From an uncultured Chloroflexia bacterium (lineage in GTDB: Bacteria > Chloroflexota > Limnocylindria > Limnocylindrales > CSP1-4): a DNA stretch of 64,000 nt. Of the stretch, positions 1 to 9,113 are shown piece by piece. The notes below the pieces were generated by a model. The model was given only the letters and a program-made list of their open reading frames with translations, made no database searches and was not told the DNA's origin. A program made the position numbers and the translations under genes. The stretch's first letter is position 1. Each line of letters starts with the position of its first letter. Location: positions 61,027-125,026 of the forward strand of contig CAVVJT010000006.1 of NCBI GenBank assembly GCA_963748625.1, in the 5' to 3' direction.

Positions 1-967
1 GCAGCAGCGGCAGGGGGTCGGCGCCCACGTGGTTGATGGCCGCGGCGGCCGTCAGCATCACCGCGCCGCCGATGATCCCGTAGACGATGATCGACGTCCT
101 GCGCATGCTCTTGAACTTGCCGCCCCAGTAGAACAGGCCCGCGAAGAACAGGAGCCCGCCGATCGCCAGGCCCGCGCTGACCTGGAGCGGGTCGAAGCCG
201 CCCATGAGCTGCTGCTCCGAGAACCGCGGGTCGGGCTCGCGGACCAGCTGGAACAGTGTCTGGCTGGTGTACAGGCCGAGCGTGGCGTTGATGGCGATCC
301 ACGTGGGCGCCAGCAGCCAGACGTGGGAACCGCGCAGGATCCGGAGGTAGCGATGCAGGCCCTCGTCGGGATCGTGGCCGTGGGCCGCCGGCGCCGGCTC
401 GGCGTGCTCGGGGACACCCAGCTTGTAGATCGCGAAGGAGACGCCGTACAGGACCGCGTTGGCCAGGAACGCCGTGGGGCCCAAGGCAGCGAACAGCGGG
501 CCCGCGACGACGAAGCCGAGCAGCAGCCCCGCCAGGGTCGCGGCCTCGAACCGGGCGACGGCTTTGCCCCGCAACAGCTCGTCGGAGGCGGTGGCGAAGG
601 CGATGAACCCCAGGATCGAGGGTACCGACGCGGCCGTCGACGCTCCCTCGAGCAGGCGGGTGAAACCGATGACCGGGAGGCTGACCGCGAACGCCGTGAT
701 GATGACGGCGACTGCGCCGAATGCCGGGCCAACGAGCATGATCCGGCGGTGGCCGACGCGATCCGACAGGACACCGAAGATCGGCGAGAGCACGAGCTCG
801 CTCGCGTAGAACAGCGCCCCCAGGACGCCGATCTCCCATGCCTCCACGGTCTCGCCGCCGTACCGGGGCAGGACGGCCAGGTAGTAGATCAGCATGGCGC
901 CGGTCACGCCCGTCGCGAGTCGCAGCGTGAAGGTGCCGAAGATCACCGCGAGGATGGGACGCGCCAT
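1..967 (-). CDS. MFS transporter (3' end runs off the window)
   Basis: Manual translation from ATG 967: MARPILAVIFGTFTLRLATG...SPIFGVLSDRVGHRRIML (MFS motif A)...FTRLLEG; several hydrophobic helices; not in the ORF track because it is truncated. Confidence 0.85.
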   Translation of the reverse strand, partial: MARPILAVIFGTFTLRLATGVTGAMLIYYLAVLPRYGGETVEAWEIGVLGALFYASELVLSPIFGVLSDRVGHRRIMLVGPAFGAVAVIITAFAVSLPVIGFTRLLEGASTAASVPSILGFIAFATASDELLRGKAVARFEAATLAGLLLGFVVAGPLFAALGPTAFLANAVLYGVSFAIYKLGVPEHAEPAPAAHGHDPDEGLHRYLRILRGSHVWLLAPTWIAINATLGLYTSQTLFQLVREPDPRFSEQQLMGGFDPLQVSAGLAIGGLLFFAGLFYWGGKFKSMRRTSIIVYGIIGGAVMLTAAAAINHVGADPLPLL

Positions 968-1149
968 GCATGGAAGCGTATCGGGTCGGGACCGTGCGGT
1001 CGTGCCCGAATTTCCGCCGGGACTGATCGTGGCCGCGCGGGCGTGCGCGCCGGTTGCTGTCGCCGAGCCACGCCGCTCCGTATGATCCGTGTCCCGAGAG
1101 GGAGCCCCGCCCGCGGCGGCAACCGTCAGCGCCCGAGGAGGCCCAGCCC

Positions 1150-1995
1150 GTGTCCCGTGTCGCGATCGTCACCGACTCTGCCAGCGACCTGCCGCCCGAG
1201 GTCGCGGCCGCGGCCGGCATCACCATCGTCCCGCTGGTCGTGAACTTCGGGTCCGAGACGTTCCGCCCGAACGTCAACCTGACCACCGACGAGTTCTGGG
1301 CCCGGATGACCGCGCCCGACGCGCCGTTCCCGACGACCGCCGCCGCCTCGCCGGGCGACTTCGGGAAGGCCTACCAGGCGGCGTTCGGCGCCGGCGCCGG
1401 CGCCGTCGTCTGCATCACCGTGTCGGGCGACCTGTCCGGCACGCTCAAGTCCGCGACGCTCGGCGCGCAGGGGCTGCCGGACCGCGAGATCCACGTCATC
1501 GACTCCCGCTCCGCGTCCATGGGCCACGGGATGCTGGCCCAGGTAGGCGCGGAGATGGCAGCCGAGGGGGCGACCGGGGCGGTGATCGCGGCGGCCCTCG
1601 AGGAGGCCAGGACGCGCATCAACCTGTACGTGGCGCTGGACACGCTCGAGTACCTCAAGCGCGGCGGGCGGATCAGCGGCGCGCGCGCGGCGATGGGCAC
1701 GATGCTCTCGATCAAGCCGATCATCACGGTGACCGACGGCCTGGTGGAGAACGCCGAGCGGGTGCGGACCCGGGCGAAGGCGCGCGAGCGCTGCCTGGAG
1801 CTCCTGACCGAGCGTCCGATGGAGCGGGTGACCGTCCTGCACACCACCAACGCCGATGTCGAGGAGTTCCGTGCCCGGCTCATCGAGCGGGCCGGACTGG
1901 ATCCGGCCAGGGTCCAGACGATGACCGTCGGGCCGTCCGTTGGCCCGCACCTTGGCCCGGGCTGCGTCGGCGCCGTGGCGATCTACGAGGCCTGA
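1150..1995 (+). CDS. DegV family fatty acid-binding protein
   Basis: VAIVTDSASDLP N-terminus, SGDLSGT, VIDSRSASMG, LEYLKRGGRI, GPSVGPHLGPG; GAGGAGG upstream of GTG 1150. Confidence 0.93.
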   Translation: MSRVAIVTDSASDLPPEVAAAAGITIVPLVVNFGSETFRPNVNLTTDEFWARMTAPDAPFPTTAAASPGDFGKAYQAAFGAGAGAVVCITVSGDLSGTLKSATLGAQGLPDREIHVIDSRSASMGHGMLAQVGAEMAAEGATGAVIAAALEEARTRINLYVALDTLEYLKRGGRISGARAAMGTMLSIKPIITVTDGLVENAERVRTRAKARERCLELLTERPMERVTVLHTTNADVEEFRARLIERAGLDPARVQTMTVGPSVGPHLGPGCVGAVAIYEA

Positions 1996-2282
1996 TCGAG
2001 TCGCCGGTTGCGATGCATCGGTGCGGGCGAGAACCTCGGCAGCGTCCCGGACCCCTGCCACTCGACAGGGACGGCGAGGTGACGGATTGGTTGCGGCAGG
2101 GTGACGAGCGGCCCGTGGGCGGGGCCGTCTCGTGGCTATACTCGGACTTCGAAGGCGGCGTGCGACGAGCGGCCGGCCATGCCGTGGCCGGCACTCGAAA
2201 CCGCCCCCGTGGGGTCGTCCGGATGACGACCCATCGCTCAGGGACGGCGTCCACCGCCCCGCCACCGAGGATCTTCCGTTCC

Positions 2283-3548
2283 ATGACGACGGAGAAGGCA
2301 ACGGCGCCGATCAACGCCTGGCAGGTCGCGCAGCACCAGTTTGATCTCGCGGCCGAGATGCTCAACCTTGACCCGGGCCTGCGCAATGTGCTGCGCGAGC
2401 CGCGCCGCGAGCTCACGGTCCACTTCCCGGTGCACATGGACGACGGTACCGTCCAGGTCTTCACCGGCTATCGCGTCCAGCACAATCTCGGCCGAGGCCC
2501 CGCCAAGGGCGGCATCCGGTACCATCAGGACGTCACGCTCGACGAGGTCAAGGCCCTCGCGATGTGGATGACCTGGAAGTGCGCGGTCGTGGGTATCCCG
2601 TACGGTGGCGGCAAGGGCGGCGTCAGCGTCGACCCCAAGAAGCTGTCCCAGCGGGAGCTCGAGGGCCTCAGCCGCAGGTACTTCACCGAGATCTCGATCC
2701 TCATCGGACCCGAGCGCGACATCCCGGCGCCGGACGTCAACACGACGCCCCAGATCATGGCCTGGTTCATGGACACGTATTCCATGCACGTCGGCTACAC
2801 GGTCCCCGGCGTGGTGACCGGGAAGCCGATCAGCCTGGGCGGCTCGGAGGGTCGCAACGAGGCCACCGCGCGCGGCTGCGTGTTCACGATCGTGGACGCG
2901 GCCAAGCACCTCGGCATGGACCTCGCCAGGACGACGACCGTCGTCCAGGGCTTCGGCAACGCCGGCTACATCGCGGCGCGGCTCATGGCCGACGAGCGTT
3001 CGACGATCATCGCGGTCTCCGACACGGGCGGCGGCATCAAGAACGAGGACGGCCTCGACGTCGACCGCGTGCTCAACTGGAAGAAGGAGCACGGCACCGT
3101 CGTCGGGTTCCCGGGCAGCACGACGATCACGAACGCGGAACTCCTGGAGCTGCCCTGCGACATCCTGATCCCGGCCGCCTACGAGAACCAGATCACCGCC
3201 GCGAACGCGGACAACGTGAAGGCCAAGATCGTCGCCGAGGCCGCCAACGGTCCCACGACACCCGAGGCCGACAAGATCCTGGCGAGCAAGGGCGTGTTCA
3301 TGATCCCGGACATCCTCGCGAACGCCGGCGGCGTGACCGTCAGCTACTTCGAGTGGGTGCAGGACCTGAACCGCGACCACTGGAGCGAGGCCGTCGTCAA
3401 CGCCAAGCTCAAGGAGATCATGGACCGCTCCTTCGGGGAGGTCCTCGCGATGGCGCATCTCAAGGACGTCGACATGCGCACGGCGGCGTACCTCGTCGCC
3501 GTGAAGCGCGTCGCCGACGCGACCGCCCTCCGCGGCCTCTACCCGTAA
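2283..3548 (+). CDS. gdhA: Glu/Leu/Phe/Val dehydrogenase (glutamate dehydrogenase)
   Basis: GYRVQHN..RGPAKGGIRYH, GGGKGG, PAPDVNT, QGFGNAG, EAANGP, PDILANAGGVTVSYFEWVQ. Confidence 0.93.
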   Translation: MTTEKATAPINAWQVAQHQFDLAAEMLNLDPGLRNVLREPRRELTVHFPVHMDDGTVQVFTGYRVQHNLGRGPAKGGIRYHQDVTLDEVKALAMWMTWKCAVVGIPYGGGKGGVSVDPKKLSQRELEGLSRRYFTEISILIGPERDIPAPDVNTTPQIMAWFMDTYSMHVGYTVPGVVTGKPISLGGSEGRNEATARGCVFTIVDAAKHLGMDLARTTTVVQGFGNAGYIAARLMADERSTIIAVSDTGGGIKNEDGLDVDRVLNWKKEHGTVVGFPGSTTITNAELLELPCDILIPAAYENQITAANADNVKAKIVAEAANGPTTPEADKILASKGVFMIPDILANAGGVTVSYFEWVQDLNRDHWSEAVVNAKLKEIMDRSFGEVLAMAHLKDVDMRTAAYLVAVKRVADATALRGLYP

Positions 3549-3589
3549 GCCCCCCGCGGCCATCGTGGCCGTAGCGATTGGCTACGCGC

Positions 3590-3619
3590 GAAATGGCCCG
3601 GGTTCGCCCGGGCCGTTTC
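3590..3619 (+). terminator. Strong hairpin downstream of gdhA (putative terminator)
   Basis: GAAATGGCCCGGG-TTCG-CCCGGGCCGTTTC, 13-bp stem with one G-U pair; U-tract weak. Confidence 0.55.
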
Positions 3620-3753
3620 AATTCCCCGGTCTTCCCGCGTCTCTTCCCCGGCAACTCAGCCCGGAGTCATCCGGCAGGTCGCAACGAGGAGCTGGGCCGC
3701 GATCAGGGTGATTCGGCGCCCGAGCCCTGCACGCCGCGTGCCGGCATGACCCG

Positions 3754-3813
3754 GGGTCGAGTCGCGCCGGGTCGAGTCGCGCCGGGTCGAGTCGCGCCGG
3801 GTCGAGTCGCGCC
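3754..3813. repeat. Tandem repeat, 4 x 15 bp GGGTCGAGTCGCGCC
   Basis: Four perfect intergenic copies, read directly. Confidence 0.95.
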
Positions 3814-3915
3814 GGGCCGGTCGTCGCGGCCGGGTGTGGGTTCGGACCACCGGGCGCCGCCTCCGGGGGCGGTGCGGGCGTCAGGGCCGACCCGGCCCCC
3901 TGCTACCATCCCTCC

Positions 3916-4521
3916 ATGCTTGACCACGAGGAGAAGTTCCTCTTCAAGGAGGAGATCCTCCACCTCGCCGACGCCCTCAACGACCCCGGCAGCCTCGACA
4001 ACGTCGAGGATCTCCTGACCGATGTGATCACCAGCCCGCGGTTCGACTCCGAGGTCTTCACCCTGGAGCGCAGCCTCCAGGTGATGCTGGGCGCCCGGGC
4101 CGGTACGACGCTCGTCGGGCTCGTGACCGTCGCCCCCGAGGTCTTCGAGGAGGTCGCGGAGGTACGGATCCCGCCCGAGGTCTACGAGCGCCTCGTCGCC
4201 TGGCGGGCGCGGTTCGGCCTCGCCATCGACAACGCGCTCAACTTCCTCAACAACCCCGACGGTATCCAGGGCCACAACTTCAGCACCCAGGTCGCACACG
4301 TCGAGGAGCGCCGGGTGCTCCAGGGCCGCCTCACGATGGTCCGTTACAACAACGAGCCCCAGTTCTTCATCGCCGACGCCGCGGTGTTCCTGGGCCTGGT
4401 CACGGACATCATGGAGCGCCTCGGGCCGTACCTCGAGCCCGACAGCGTGGACGAGGAGTCGCTCACGCGCCTGCGCGAGGTCGTGCAGCTCATCGAACGC
4501 AAGACCGCCTCGCGGGGCTGA
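3916..4521 (+). CDS. Hypothetical protein (acidic, 201 aa)
   Basis: Strong GC3 codon bias and protein-like composition; TG-N-TACCAT -10 box 6 nt before the ATG. Confidence 0.8.
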   Translation: MLDHEEKFLFKEEILHLADALNDPGSLDNVEDLLTDVITSPRFDSEVFTLERSLQVMLGARAGTTLVGLVTVAPEVFEEVAEVRIPPEVYERLVAWRARFGLAIDNALNFLNNPDGIQGHNFSTQVAHVEERRVLQGRLTMVRYNNEPQFFIADAAVFLGLVTDIMERLGPYLEPDSVDEESLTRLREVVQLIERKTASRG

Positions 4522-4532
4522 GCGGCAACCGC

Positions 4533-5702
4533 GTGCGCCAGCTGTTCCTCGCCGCCACCGGCCAGAACCGCGGCAAGACCACGGCCTGCGTCGGGCTGCT
4601 GGACGGCTTCCGTCGTCGCGGCTACCGGACCGGATTCTCCAAGCCCGTGGGCCAGCGCACCATGATGATCGACGGGGAGCCGGGCGACGAGGACGCCGTC
4701 CTGATGAAGACGATCTTCGGCCTGCCCGACCCGTACACCGCGATGAGCCCGATCCACATCCCGCGCGGCTTCACCAAGAGCTACCTGGCCGGCGACGTGG
4801 TCGAGGACATGGAGGGCCCGATCCTCGCGGCCCAACGGTACTTCGCCGACCACGACATCTGGCTCATCGAGGGCACGGGCCACGCCGGTGTCGGCGCGGT
4901 CGTGGGGCTGTCGAACGCACGGGTCGCCTCGATGCTCCGGGCGCCGACGGTCATCATCTCCGAGGGTGGCGTGGGCCGGCCGATCGACGAGATCGTGCTC
5001 AACGCCTCGCACTTCGAGGCGCACGGGGTGCCGGTCGCGGGCGCCATCGTGAACAAGCTCCGGGTTGACGAGTCGCCCGGGATCGAGAAGACGCTGGAGC
5101 GCGGCCTCGCGCTGCACGGGATCCCGCTCCTGGGCGTTCTGCCCTACAAGCCCATCCTGTCCAGTCCCACGCTGGACATGGTGCTGCGTGGCGTGAAGGG
5201 CCGGGTCATCTGCCCCGGGCCGGACCTGGACCGGGTGATCGATGGCGTCGCAATCGGCGCGATGGAACCGAACCACATGCTGGAGCACGTCGGTCCCGGC
5301 ACCCTCGTGATCGTGCCCGGGGACCGCGAGGACGCGATCCTGACGCTGGCCGCAGCCCACCTGCCGGACTCGGCGCCCGCGCGCGCCATCGAGCACCTCG
5401 AGACGCTCGTGGACGAGACGCCCGGGGCCATCGACGCCGGCCCCGAGGGCAAGGCGCTGGGCATCGTGCTCACCGGTGGCTATGAGCCGCGGCCGGAGGT
5501 CCTGGCCGCGATCCGCCATGCCAACCTGTTCACGGCCATCGTCCCCGAGGACACCTACACCGTGGCGTCCGTGGTCCACGACCTCCTCGTGAAGACGCAC
5601 CCGGCGGACGTCGGCAAGATCGAGCTCATCAAGGAGCTGGTCTGGGAGCACCTGCAGATGGACCGCTTCCTCGAGGTCGCCACCGAGGCGAGGTTCGACT
5701 GA
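4533..5702 (+). CDS. Phosphotransacetylase N-terminal-like protein (BioD-like P-loop + DRTGG domain), no catalytic PTA domain
   Basis: LAATGQNRGKTT, FSKPVGQ, LIEGTGHAGVG, VIVPGDRED, GIVLTGG. Confidence 0.85.
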   Translation: MRQLFLAATGQNRGKTTACVGLLDGFRRRGYRTGFSKPVGQRTMMIDGEPGDEDAVLMKTIFGLPDPYTAMSPIHIPRGFTKSYLAGDVVEDMEGPILAAQRYFADHDIWLIEGTGHAGVGAVVGLSNARVASMLRAPTVIISEGGVGRPIDEIVLNASHFEAHGVPVAGAIVNKLRVDESPGIEKTLERGLALHGIPLLGVLPYKPILSSPTLDMVLRGVKGRVICPGPDLDRVIDGVAIGAMEPNHMLEHVGPGTLVIVPGDREDAILTLAAAHLPDSAPARAIEHLETLVDETPGAIDAGPEGKALGIVLTGGYEPRPEVLAAIRHANLFTAIVPEDTYTVASVVHDLLVKTHPADVGKIELIKELVWEHLQMDRFLEVATEARFD

Positions 5703-5824
5703 CGAACGCCCCGCCCGCCGTCGCCGACGCCCCCATCGACGCTCCCGCCGCCGCCTCAATCCCGCCTGCCGTCATCGCCGGCACCGCTGTCGTCGCGATC
5801 CCTGCCGCTCGCCCGCAGTCGATC

Positions 5825-7003
5825 GTGCCCTCGTGGGTCGTGTACGGCTTCCAGTTCGTGGCCATCGGGGCGTGGACGGCGTACGCGGTCGTCTACTTCG
5901 AGGCGATGGGCATCGACATCGCCCTCATCGGCGTGCTGGCCGCGGTTCCAGCGGTCGTCGCCATCCTCGCCTCTCCGGCGTGGGGCCTCGTCGCTGACAG
6001 GCTGGGCGACATGCGTCTCCCGTACCTGGTGGCGGCGATCTGGGCGGCGCTGGCCGCCGTGGGTCTCGCGATGGCGCCCGGGATGCCCGGGCTGGCGGTG
6101 GCGGTCCTGATGCTGTCCGTGGGCGCCGCGGGCCTGACGCCGCTCATCGACGCCCGCACCATCCAGCGCCTGTGGCCGCAGCGGGAGCGCTTCGGCCAGG
6201 CCCGCGTGGCGGGATCGATCGCGTTCATGGCCGGGACGATCGGGACCGGCATCCTGGTCGCCGCGAGTGACCTGCGGACGATGTTCGTGGTCTACGCGGT
6301 GGCGATGACCGGCGCCGGGATCGCCGCCGTGGCGCTGCTCGGCCGGCCGCGCGGGGCTCGGAAGGTGGGCAGCGTGGGACCGAGGGCCGCGACGGGTCTC
6401 CTGCGCCTGCCCGGCCTCGCCCTCTTCTTCGCCGGGTCATGCGTCATGTGGACGTCCGCGGTGGGGTCCATGACGCTGTTCTCGCTGCGCATCATCGAGT
6501 TGGGCGGGGACACGCAACTCGTGGGCATCGGCTGGGCGACGTCGGCGCTATTCGAGGTGCCGATGATGATCCTGTTCGCGCGGTTCGCGACGCGGATCGG
6601 GGTGGAGCGGCTGATCGTGATCGGCGCGCTGCTGTTCGTCGTCCGGGCCGGGTTCTGGACGGTGGCGGACAGCCCGCTGACGTTCATCGCCTTCACGTCG
6701 CTGGGCGGCAGCGGGTATGCGCTGGCGATGGTGGGGACCACGAGCTATGTGGCGGCGCGCGTGCCCGGGCGACTGCAGGCAACGGCCCAGGCGCTGTTCG
6801 GGAGCGCCGCGTTCTCCATCGGGACGATCGCCGGCGCGATCATGGCCGGACAGGTTGCCGCGATCGGCGGTCTCTGGGCCGTGTACCCGGTCGGCGGCGT
6901 GATCGCCGCGGTTGGCGCGGTGATGGTCTGGGCGGCGATCGGGCGGCGGCCGACGGGCGGGCCGGTCCCGGTTCCAGGGCCCGGGGCTGCGTCTCCAGCC
7001 TGA
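5825..7003 (+). CDS. MFS transporter (MFS_1_like / LacY-PPP type)
   Basis: SPAWGLVADRLG motif A, ERFGQARVAGSIAF, ALFEVPMM; about 12 TM segments; start uncertain. Confidence 0.85.
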   Translation: MPSWVVYGFQFVAIGAWTAYAVVYFEAMGIDIALIGVLAAVPAVVAILASPAWGLVADRLGDMRLPYLVAAIWAALAAVGLAMAPGMPGLAVAVLMLSVGAAGLTPLIDARTIQRLWPQRERFGQARVAGSIAFMAGTIGTGILVAASDLRTMFVVYAVAMTGAGIAAVALLGRPRGARKVGSVGPRAATGLLRLPGLALFFAGSCVMWTSAVGSMTLFSLRIIELGGDTQLVGIGWATSALFEVPMMILFARFATRIGVERLIVIGALLFVVRAGFWTVADSPLTFIAFTSLGGSGYALAMVGTTSYVAARVPGRLQATAQALFGSAAFSIGTIAGAIMAGQVAAIGGLWAVYPVGGVIAAVGAVMVWAAIGRRPTGGPVPVPGPGAASPA

Positions 7004-7073
7004 GAGGCGCCTCCCGCCAACTGGTGCGCCGGCCCGGTCCCGTCCGCGCGCGCCGGATGCCCCGGGCCGCCCG

Positions 7074-7204
7074 GCGGCCCATTCGTCGTCCGCGGCCGAT
7101 CGTTCGTCCGCTGCAGGGGACGATTGGCCAAACTCCAACTCCCTGGCAGCCGGTATGTCCGGCGGAAGCCACCGAACGTAGAACCCGACCGACGAATGGG
7201 CCGC
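7074..7204. repeat. 131-bp element bounded by a perfect 15-bp inverted repeat
   Basis: GCGGCCCATTCGTCG (7074-7088) and CGACGAATGGGCCGC (7190-7204), with further internal complementarity. Confidence 0.7.
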
Positions 7205-7302
7205 TCGCCGGCCACCCAGCGGCGGCGGGCCGCGCGACGTCGCGTGCGCCAATCCCACCGTGTGATCAGCCGGCCGCGTCACCTGCCCGCTTGCCGCCCT
7301 CG

Positions 7303-8136
7303 CTAGGGCGCCCGCTCGTTGTCGATCAGGCGAACATCATCGATCCGAACGGCCAGCGAGAGCAGGGCCCGCCCCGCGACCACCTCAAGCTCGGCCAGGG
7401 TGTCCGGGTCGGCCACGGACACGTAGTCTGGCGTGGCAGCCGGCTCCGTCGCGAGGATCGCCAGCATCGCGTCGCGCACGGCGGTGCCGGTCTCCTCGCC
7501 GTCCCGAACCCGTGCCGCGCCCGCGAGGAGCGCGCGCCGGAGCACGGGAGCTGCCTTGCGGCCCTCGGGCGTGAGCCGTGCGTTGCGTGACGACATCGCC
7601 AGGCCGTCGGGCTCCCGCACCGTCTCGCAGGGCACGACCTCCGTCGGCAGCGCGAGATCGAGCGCCATGCGCCGGATCACCGCGACCTGCTGGTAGTCCT
7701 TGAGCCCGAAGTAGGCACGCTCGGCGCCCACGAGCGCGAACAGGATCGCGACCACCGTGGCAACCCCGTCGAAATGTCCGGGCCGCGCCGCGCCCTCGAG
7801 CGGTCCCGCGATGGCGCCCACGGCGACCCGCGTGTCGAAGCCAGGTGGGTAGACCTCGTTCACGGACGGTGCGAACACGACATCCACGCCCGCGGCCTCG
7901 CACATCGCCAGGTCGCGCGCCTCGTTGCGGGGATAGCGCGCGAAGTCCGCGGACTGTCCGAACTGGCGCGGGTTGACGAAGATCGAGACAACGACGGTGG
8001 CGCTCTCGGCGCGAGCCCGGTCAACGAGCGAGACATGCCCCGCGTGCAGCCAGCCCATGGTGGGCACGAGCCCGATCGGCCTCGTCGCCGCGACCAGCAC
8101 GGCACGGAGATCCGCGCGGGTGCGGACGACCTCCAT
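7303..8136 (-). CDS. panC: Pantoate--beta-alanine ligase
   Basis: VPTMGWLHAGH, SIFVNPRQF, RPGHFDGV, FGLKDYQQ, REPDGLAMSSRN, RLIDN. Confidence 0.96.
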   Translation of the reverse strand: MEVVRTRADLRAVLVAATRPIGLVPTMGWLHAGHVSLVDRARAESATVVVSIFVNPRQFGQSADFARYPRNEARDLAMCEAAGVDVVFAPSVNEVYPPGFDTRVAVGAIAGPLEGAARPGHFDGVATVVAILFALVGAERAYFGLKDYQQVAVIRRMALDLALPTEVVPCETVREPDGLAMSSRNARLTPEGRKAAPVLRRALLAGAARVRDGEETGTAVRDAMLAILATEPAATPDYVSVADPDTLAELEVVAGRALLSLAVRIDDVRLIDNERAP

Positions 8137-8176
8137 GCGCGTCGGGCCGGTTCGCGGGCGGGTGGGGGAGCCGCGC

Positions 8177-9097
8177 CTAGAGGTCGCGGTCGAGCGGGAT
8201 GCCGGCGAGGTTCTCAATCCCCGCCGCTCCGGCTCGGTCCTGGTCGGTGCGGCCCAGGACATCGTCCAGCACGGCCGGGTCCATCAGCACGGTCTCCGCC
8301 GAGCCGGGGAAGTCGCCGGCCTCCACATCCTTCCGGTACCCGCGGATCGCTTCGAGGATCGTGCCCCGCAGGTCCGCGTACTTGCGGGCGTGCTTCGGGG
8401 TCCAGTCGCCCCAGCCGAGCGTGTCGGTGATGACCTGGATCTGGCCACTGCATCCCGCGCCCGCCCCGATCCCGATCGTCGGGATGTGGAGGCGCTCGGT
8501 GATGGCCTCGGCGAGCTGGCCCGGGACGAGCTCGAGGACGATGGAGAAGGCGCCGGCCTCCTGGACCGCGAGGGCGTCCGCGAGGAGCGCGCGCGCCTGC
8601 TCCTTGTTCTTGCCCTGGACGCGGACCCGGCCGATCGCGTTGATCGCCTGCGGCGTGAGCCCGATGTGGCCCATGACCGGGATCCCGGCGCGAACCAGGG
8701 CCTCGATGGTCCGGGCGCTCCGGACGCCGCCCTCGACCTTCACCGCCTGGGCGCCACCCTCGCGGAGGAAGCGGCCGGCATTCGCCACCGCGTCCTCGGC
8801 CGTGGCGTAGGAGAGGAACGGCATGTCGCCGACGATCAGCGCCCGCTTGCTGCCCCGCACGACGGCCTTGGTGTGGTGGAGCATCTCGTCCATGGAGACC
8901 CGCACGGTCGTGTCGTAGCCCAGCATCACCTGGGCGAGCGAGTCGCCCACGAGGATGAGCGGGATGCCGGCCTCGTCCACCAGCGCGGCGGTCGGGTAGT
9001 CGTACGCGGTGATCGTCGCGATGCGGACACCGTCCGCGTAGAGCTTCGCGATGTCGACCACCGACAGGCGGCGGACGATCTCGGACTGGGCGCTCAT
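8177..9097 (-). CDS. panB: 3-methyl-2-oxobutanoate hydroxymethyltransferase
   Basis: TAYDY, LVGDSL, DMPFLSY, VKVEGG, MGHIGLTPQ, TIGIGAG. Confidence 0.96.
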   Translation of the reverse strand: MSAQSEIVRRLSVVDIAKLYADGVRIATITAYDYPTAALVDEAGIPLILVGDSLAQVMLGYDTTVRVSMDEMLHHTKAVVRGSKRALIVGDMPFLSYATAEDAVANAGRFLREGGAQAVKVEGGVRSARTIEALVRAGIPVMGHIGLTPQAINAIGRVRVQGKNKEQARALLADALAVQEAGAFSIVLELVPGQLAEAITERLHIPTIGIGAGAGCSGQIQVITDTLGWGDWTPKHARKYADLRGTILEAIRGYRKDVEAGDFPGSAETVLMDPAVLDDVLGRTDQDRAGAAGIENLAGIPLDRDL

Positions 9098-9113
9098 CGG
9101 GTGGTCTCCATGG

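Noticed and set aside
1089-2282. Apparent 819-aa glutamate dehydrogenase with a long N-terminal extension
   Set aside because: The extension is an off-frame read-through of degV and the intergenic region; homology and an RBS support a start at 2283
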